Notes under the pieces: generated by a model
Told to the model about the DNA's origin: nothing
The model's database searches: none
Seen by the model: the letters and a program-made list of their open reading frames with translations, nothing else
Origin: a bacterium
Lineage (GTDB): Bacteria > Chloroflexota > Dormibacteria > Aeolococcales > Bog-877
Direction of reading: 5' to 3'
NCBI GenBank assembly: GCA_021785655.1
Contig: JAJYET010000004.1
Location: 8,907 to 72,906, forward strand
Length of the DNA stretch: 64,000 nucleotides
Position numbers and translations under genes: made by a program
Part shown: positions 58,973 to 64,000 of the stretch, in pieces
Position numbering within the stretch: position 1 is the stretch's first letter
Layout of the letters: every line of letters begins with the position of its first letter

Positions 58973-59645
58973 GCCGCACGTCCCGGGCCGGGGCCTCCAC
59001 CACCACCGTGCACTCCCCGCGCGCCGGCGCCGAGCGGAATTGCGCCGCCAGCTCGGCGGCGGTGCCGAGGTGCCAGCTCTCATGCAGCTTGGAGATCTCG
59101 CGGGCCACCGCCAGCTGCCGATCTGGGAGTAGCTCGGCGCACAGGGCGAGGGTCGCGGGCAACCGCTGCGGGGCCTCGAAGAAGACCAGGGCGAGTTCGG
59201 GAGCCGAGCCGAGGACCCGGGCCATCCGCCCGCGCGTTCGCGGCAGGAAGCCGAGGAAGGCGAAGCGGTCTGCGCGCAGCCCACTGGCAGCCACCGCGGC
59301 CACGACCGCCGACGGGCCGGGGATCGCCAGCACCTGGTGGCCCGCGGCCCGCGCCGCGGCGACCAGCCTCCTGCCGGGGTCGCTGATCCCCGGGGTGCCG
59401 GCGTCCGAGATCAGGGCGACGTCAACACCCTCCAGGGCCGCGAGAACTGTCCCGATGCGCTCCGCCTCCCGGGGGGCGGGCAGGGAGATCAGCTGTGGCC
59501 TGACCCCCAGATGGTCGAGCAGCCGGCGGCTGTGCCGCGGGTCCTCCGCGACCACCACCTGGGCCGAGCGCAGAACCTGCGCGGCGCGGTCGGAGATGTC
59601 GCCAAGGTTGCCAATCGGGGTGGCGACCACGTGGAGGGTTCCCAT
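58965..59645 (-). CDS. rsmI: 16S rRNA (cytidine1402-2'-O)-methyltransferase
   Basis: MGTLHVVATPIGNLGDISDRA tetrapyrrole-methylase-like N-terminus. Confidence 0.85.
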   Translation of the reverse strand: MGTLHVVATPIGNLGDISDRAAQVLRSAQVVVAEDPRHSRRLLDHLGVRPQLISLPAPREAERIGTVLAALEGVDVALISDAGTPGISDPGRRLVAAARAAGHQVLAIPGPSAVVAAVAASGLRADRFAFLGFLPRTRGRMARVLGSAPELALVFFEAPQRLPATLALCAELLPDRQLAVAREISKLHESWHLGTAAELAAQFRSAPARGECTVVVEAPARDVRRG

Positions 59646-59656
59646 TTGGCGGCGCC

Positions 59657-62449
59657 TCAGGGGGAAGGCCGCGGTCCCCGCCGCGCCCGTACGAACTCCC
59701 CCACCAGGGCGGCGACGGCCTCCACCGGCTGGTCGGAGACAGTTGCCCGGGGCAGTGCCTCGACGAAGCTCTGCCCGTAGCGGCGCTGGTGGATCCGGGG
59801 GTCACAGATCACCACGGCGCCCCTGTCCTCGCGACCGCGCACCAGCCGGCCGAACCCCTGTTTGAGACGTAACACGGCCTCCGGGAGGGAGAGCTGGGTG
59901 AAGGAGTCGGGACGGCCCCGGGCCCGGGCCTGGAAGATCGGGTCCGAGGGCACCGGGAAGGGCAGCTTGTCGATGACGACACACTGGAGCAGGTCGCCAG
60001 GCAGATCTATCCCCTCCCAGAAGCTGCTGGTGCCCATGAGCACGGTGCGCGGGTGGTCGCGGAAGCCACGCAGGAGCTGGTTCCGGGTGCCGTCGAGGCC
60101 CTGGGCCAAAAGGGCGATCCCGCGGGCCTGGAGCCGCGGGCGCAGGCGGGAGGCCACCTCCCGTAGTGCGGCGTAGCCGGTGAAGAGGACCAGGGTGCGG
60201 CCGCCCAGTCCGGTGGCCACCTCGTCGACCAGCCGGGCCACCACCTCGGCATGCCGCGGATCGTCGTGGGGTGGGATCCCCCGCGGGATGCAGAGGAGAG
60301 CCTGGCTCAGAAAGTCGAACGGGGATGCCAGCACCAGCTCCTCCCCACCGTCGAAGCCCAGGCGCTCCCGCACGTATCGGAACGACCCGGCCACCGCCAG
60401 GGTGGCCGAGGTTAGCACCACGGTGTCCATCCGCGAGAAGAGCTGCTCGGCGAGCGTGGCACCGACCTCGTAAGGGGCGGACCGCAGCACCGCGCGCCCC
60501 CTCGCCTCCAGCTCGGCCCAGACTACCCGCTGCCTTACCGCCGGCTCCCCGGCCACCGCGGCGAGGGCGAATGCCAGGAAGTCGGCGCAGCTCTGGAGCG
60601 CCTCGGCCGCCAGCAGGCACTCCCGAGCGGCATTGTCCGGTTGGGGCCAGAGCATCTCCTGCAAGGGAGCGGCCACTGCCGCCTGCCGAAGCCCCACCGC
60701 AGCTCGCTGAGCGGCCGACTGGGCCCGGCTCAGCGAGCGGGCGCATCGGGCCCAGGCTGGATCCCCGGCCAGCCGCGGGTCCAGAACCAGGGCCCCTCGC
60801 TCACCTTCCACGGCGCGCTGCTCCAGCAGCTGGCGTAGCTCCGCGAAGGCGTTCTGGGCCCCTTCGCGGGCCGAGCGCAGCCAAGCTGACAGAGGCGCCT
60901 CGCCGAACCGCGGCAGCCGGTCGACCACGGCCGACACTCGACCCGGGCCCAGGCGGCCCGACTGGGCCTGGGTGGCTGCCTCTTCGAGGTGGTGGGCCTC
61001 GTCCACCACAAGCCGCCGGGACTCCGGGAGGATCGACCCCCCGCTGTCAGCGTCCGCCAGGAGCAGGGCGTGGTTGACGATGACCAGGTCCGCCTCGCGA
61101 GCCTCCGACCGGGCCCGGACCATGAAGCAACGCCGGTCCCGCCAGTTGTGGCAGGCCGGGCCCAGGCAGTCGTCCACGGTCGAACCCACCTGCTCCCACA
61201 GCTCGGGGTCGCGGCCCGCCAGCCGCAGCTCCCCCCGGTCGCCGGTGTCGGTCTGCTCCGCCCAGACCACCAGGCGCAGCTGGAAGCGCAGCTCGTCGAG
61301 GTCCCGGCGCCGGCCCCCGGAGGGAGCGGAGCGGAGCCATCGCTCCAGCCGCCTCAGGCTTAGGTAGTTGCCCCGGCCCTTGAGCACCACGGCGTTCACC
61401 GGCAGGGGGCGCGCCGCCTCCAGGGCGGGCAGGTCCTTCCCCACCAGCTGCTCCTGAAGGGTGATGGTGTGGGTGGATATGAGGACGCGCTCGCCCGTCC
61501 GGCCGGCCCACTCGCGCGCCGGGTGGAGGTAGGCGAGCGACTTACCCACCCCGGTCCCCGCCTCCACCAGGAGCCGCTTCTCCCGGTTGAAGGCCTGGGT
61601 CACCGCCACCGCCATCTGTTGCTGCTCCTCGCGAAGCTCGAAGGTGGGATCGGCCGCCGCCAGCACCCCTCCCTCAGCAAAGTCCGCAGCCACCTGGGCC
61701 GGGTCTAGGCGACCACCGGGGTGGGCGGCCGCCAGGGGGAGCGGGGCCGGCGGCCGGACCGCGAGCCGGTCCTGGACGCCGGGGGCGACGGGCTGGACCT
61801 GGCTGGCGATGAACTCGCCCGAAGCCCAGCCACTCCCGGCGGACATCGCCGCCAGCCGGGCTCTCAGGCCGGGGGCCAGCTGGCGCATCTCGTCCACCAG
61901 CCGCCAGAGGAGCAGCCTTGTGGTGTCCGCGTCGGACAGCGCACGGTGGGGACGATCGTGGACCAGGCCCAGGGCTCGACCGAGCTGCTCCAGGCTGTGG
62001 CTGGGTGCCCGCGGCAAGATGATCCGCGCCAGCTCCGAGGTGTCCACCGCCGGGCGCTGGGCGAATTCGGACGGCAGGACGGCCGAGCAGAAGGCGAGGT
62101 CGAAGGACACCCCGTGGCCGACCAGGACCGCGCCCTTGGCGAAGTCCGCCAGCTGGGCCACCACCTCGGCGGGGCTCGGCTGGCCAGCAAGGTCGTGATC
62201 GGAGAGCCCGCAGAGGCGCTGGATGGCGAGGGGCAAGGGGAGGCCCGGGTCCGCCAGGGAGGTGAGCTGGGCCAAGGGACCCTCTTCCGTGAACCGGACG
62301 GCGCCCACCTCGATGATCCGGTCAGACCGGGGGGAGAGCCCGGTCGTCTCCAGATCGAAGGCCACATACTCAGTTCCGGGGCCGCACTCCAGCGGTGGGG
62401 CTCCCACGTCAGCTGCGCTGGTGGGTCGTGGGTTGAGCCCCAAGCTCAT
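59657..62449 (-). CDS. dinG: bifunctional DnaQ-like 3'-5' exonuclease / DinG-family ATP-dependent helicase
   Basis: YVAFDLETTGL exonuclease motif; DEAH-box helicase motifs (..EAGTGVGKSLAYL.., VVDEAHHL..); start uncertain (track ORF to 62506 overlaps cmk). Confidence 0.85.
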   Translation of the reverse strand: MSLGLNPRPTSAADVGAPPLECGPGTEYVAFDLETTGLSPRSDRIIEVGAVRFTEEGPLAQLTSLADPGLPLPLAIQRLCGLSDHDLAGQPSPAEVVAQLADFAKGAVLVGHGVSFDLAFCSAVLPSEFAQRPAVDTSELARIILPRAPSHSLEQLGRALGLVHDRPHRALSDADTTRLLLWRLVDEMRQLAPGLRARLAAMSAGSGWASGEFIASQVQPVAPGVQDRLAVRPPAPLPLAAAHPGGRLDPAQVAADFAEGGVLAAADPTFELREEQQQMAVAVTQAFNREKRLLVEAGTGVGKSLAYLHPAREWAGRTGERVLISTHTITLQEQLVGKDLPALEAARPLPVNAVVLKGRGNYLSLRRLERWLRSAPSGGRRRDLDELRFQLRLVVWAEQTDTGDRGELRLAGRDPELWEQVGSTVDDCLGPACHNWRDRRCFMVRARSEAREADLVIVNHALLLADADSGGSILPESRRLVVDEAHHLEEAATQAQSGRLGPGRVSAVVDRLPRFGEAPLSAWLRSAREGAQNAFAELRQLLEQRAVEGERGALVLDPRLAGDPAWARCARSLSRAQSAAQRAAVGLRQAAVAAPLQEMLWPQPDNAARECLLAAEALQSCADFLAFALAAVAGEPAVRQRVVWAELEARGRAVLRSAPYEVGATLAEQLFSRMDTVVLTSATLAVAGSFRYVRERLGFDGGEELVLASPFDFLSQALLCIPRGIPPHDDPRHAEVVARLVDEVATGLGGRTLVLFTGYAALREVASRLRPRLQARGIALLAQGLDGTRNQLLRGFRDHPRTVLMGTSSFWEGIDLPGDLLQCVVIDKLPFPVPSDPIFQARARGRPDSFTQLSLPEAVLRLKQGFGRLVRGREDRGAVVICDPRIHQRRYGQSFVEALPRATVSDQPVEAVAALVGEFVRARRGPRPSP

Positions 62450-63110
62450 AGCAGCGGCTGAGGATCCGGCGGGCCACCTCCTCGGCGTCGATCGGCGCCG
62501 TGTCAATCACCATCGCACCATCAGGGATGGCGAGCGGCGCGGCCTCGCGGGTGCTGTCCCTGTGATCCCGCTCGGCCAGGTCCTCGCGCACCGCGACCTC
62601 CGCGCTGGCGAGGCCCAGCCGCTCCAGCTCAGAGCGGCGGCGCTCCATCCTGACCTCGAAGGGGGCGTCCAGGTACACCTTCACCTCCGCGCTGGGGAAC
62701 ACCGTCGAACCGGCGTCCCGGCCCACCGCCACCACGCCTTCGCTCCCCAGCTTGCGCTGCAGCGGAAGGAGGGCGGCACGGACCGCCGGCTCGGCGGCGA
62801 CCCTCGCCAGAAGGACCGCGTTTCCAGGCGCCCACAGTTCGGCACCCAGGTCGCGCTCACCTATGCGCGCCCGCCACGCCCCCTCTGGAGCTGTGGGGTC
62901 GAGGTTGATCGCGAGCCCGAGGCCGTGGACCAGCTCCGCGGCCCCCTCGGGCCCGACCGAGCGCTCGGCCGCCACCAGCGCCACGGCCCGGTACAGAAGC
63001 CCCGTGTCGAGGAACGGAAGCTGCAGTTCGCGAGCTACCCTCCGCCCCACGGTGGATTTGCCCACTCCCGCAGGCCCGTCGATGGTCACGGAGATGGGCA
63101 TGGCTGTCAC
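62409..63110 (-). CDS. cmk: cytidylate kinase
   Basis: P-loop GPAGVGKST, NMP-binding and LID segments. Confidence 0.85.
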   Translation of the reverse strand: MTAMPISVTIDGPAGVGKSTVGRRVARELQLPFLDTGLLYRAVALVAAERSVGPEGAAELVHGLGLAINLDPTAPEGAWRARIGERDLGAELWAPGNAVLLARVAAEPAVRAALLPLQRKLGSEGVVAVGRDAGSTVFPSAEVKVYLDAPFEVRMERRRSELERLGLASAEVAVREDLAERDHRDSTREAAPLAIPDGAMVIDTAPIDAEEVARRILSRCYELGAQPTTHQRS

Positions 63111-63826
63111 CCGAGGCCGGCCTGAAGGCGGAGCCGGGCCACCTCTGACCGGCTCAGCTCCCTCACCGCGCCCGCGGGGAGGGTGCCGAGGCGGATCCCG
63201 GCGAACTCCACCCTCTCCAGGTCGAGGACGGTGGCACCCACCTGGTCCAGCATGCGCCGCAGCTCCCGGTTGCGCCCCTCCCGCAGGGTGACGTAAAGGA
63301 CTTCGCCTCCGGCCTCGGGCCGGACCGCCGTGGGGTGGGTCGGGCCGTCCACCAGCACAGGGCCATCTCGCAGCTCCTGCAGCTGGCGGCGCGAGATCGG
63401 CTGGCCCAGGCGCACCCGGTAGGTCTTGGATGCGCCGTACCGGGGATGGGTCAGCCGCTGGGAGAGCTCGCCGTCGTCGGTGAGGAAGAGAAGCCCCCGC
63501 GAGTCCCGGTCCAAACGCCCCACTGGGAAGAGGCCAGCCCCGTCTGGGACCAGGTCGAGGACGGTCGGGCGGCCCTGCGGGTCCCGTACCGTGGATACCA
63601 CCCCGACGGGCTTGTGGAGAGCCAGGTACCTCCGGGGACGCCTCTCGGCTTCGACTCGCCGGCCGTCGACCTCGATCAGGTCCCGGTCCGGGTCTACGAG
63701 CTGGCCGCTGGCAGGCGCCGGGGCCTGGTTGACCCGCACCCGGCCCTGGCGCAGGAGGTCATCGGCGCCCCTCCGGGAGGCGATCCCCTGGCGGGCCAGC
63801 CACCGCCCCAGCCGCTCAGCCGGCAT
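63107..63826 (-). CDS. rluB: pseudouridine synthase (RluB/RsuA family)
   Basis: S4 domain then ..VGRLDRDSRGLLFLTDDG.. catalytic Asp motif. Confidence 0.8.
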   Translation of the reverse strand: MPAERLGRWLARQGIASRRGADDLLRQGRVRVNQAPAPASGQLVDPDRDLIEVDGRRVEAERRPRRYLALHKPVGVVSTVRDPQGRPTVLDLVPDGAGLFPVGRLDRDSRGLLFLTDDGELSQRLTHPRYGASKTYRVRLGQPISRRQLQELRDGPVLVDGPTHPTAVRPEAGGEVLYVTLREGRNRELRRMLDQVGATVLDLERVEFAGIRLGTLPAGAVRELSRSEVARLRLQAGLG

Positions 63827-63837
63827 CTGACCTCTCC

Positions 63838-64000
63838 ACCACCCGGAGCAGCCACTCATTGCCTCCAGCAGGCTCCAGCGGGGGAAGCTCGTCGATGGAT
63901 GAGAGCCCCACGACCTGCAGGAACCTCAGGGTGGTGGCGAAGAGGCGCGGGCGCCCCGGCCCCTCGCCCCTCCCCACCTCGGTGATGAGGTCGTGGGCCT
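63838..64000 (-). CDS. scpB: segregation and condensation protein B, C-terminal part (gene continues beyond window)
   Basis: reverse translation ..AHDLITEVGRGEGPGRPRLFATTLRFLQVVGLSSIDELPPLEP typical ScpB winged-helix C-terminus. Confidence 0.5.

Noticed and set aside
1-64000. CRISPR arrays, rRNA genes, riboswitch/T-box leaders upstream of aminoacyl-tRNA synthetases
   Set aside because: No regularly spaced direct repeats seen. Intergenic regions upstream of tyrS (~120 bp), thrS (~60 bp) and pheS are too short and lack specifier/T-box sequence.

Overview
This 64-kb window reads as chromosomal DNA from a high-GC Gram-positive organism (Actinomycetota-like). The evidence is roughly 70% GC by eye, frequent GTG/TTG starts, a mycothiol-type enzyme family gene and a ruvCAB-secDF gene order. 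Because GC is so high, many overlapping antisense ORFs in the six-frame track are artefacts.

The core backbone, mostly on the minus strand, is:
- ribF, truB, nrnA, rbfA, infB, ylxR, nusA, rimP
- secDF, ruvB, ruvA, ruvC, yebC, tyrS
- mpg, pheT, pheS, rplT, rpmI, infC, thrS
- at the right end: MFS transporter, ksgA, tatD, rsmI, a dinG-like exonuclease-helicase, cmk, rluB and a partial scpB.

The accessory content is:
1. A decayed integrated element downstream of minus-strand tRNA-Thr/tRNA-Tyr (about 1..3200). It carries a truncated integrase, a VapBC-like toxin-antitoxin pair and orphan ORFs.
2. An envelope-stress cluster (3.4-7.7 kb): two PspA paralogues, HtpX, a YeaQ/GlsB-type small membrane protein and a conserved unknown protein.
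3. A roughly 19.6-kb pSAM2-type actinomycete integrative conjugative element inserted in tRNA-Val, bounded by a 54-bp perfect direct repeat (30319..30372 and 49839..49892). It carries an integrase, an XRE-family HTH regulator, a RepSA-like replication initiator, an FtsK-like TraB, an SSB-like gene and a KorSA-like GntR repressor.
4. Nested inside that element:
- a hen1-pnkp RNA-repair operon bracketed by two IS630-family copies, one inserted exactly in the pnkp stop codon;
- an XRE-regulated operon of two paralogous polytopic membrane proteins with GTGA-coupled starts;
- a roughly 2.45-kb IS1595-family transposon bounded by about 25-bp inverted repeats, carrying a low-GC DUF3800 cargo gene, a zinc-ribbon ORF and a 53-bp tandem duplication;
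- degenerate attachment-site and regulator-gene remnants that suggest serial accretion.
5. To the right of the island: a Phd/YefM-VapC pair, a low-GC double-anchored surface protein, an IS1380-like transposase remnant and a mycothiol-dependent maleylpyruvate-isomerase-family gene.

Several accessory genes are split across reading frames (Rep-like initiator, SSB-like gene, MBL-rhodanese gene, transposase remnants). I read these as pseudogenes or indel errors. No CRISPR array or rRNA was seen.
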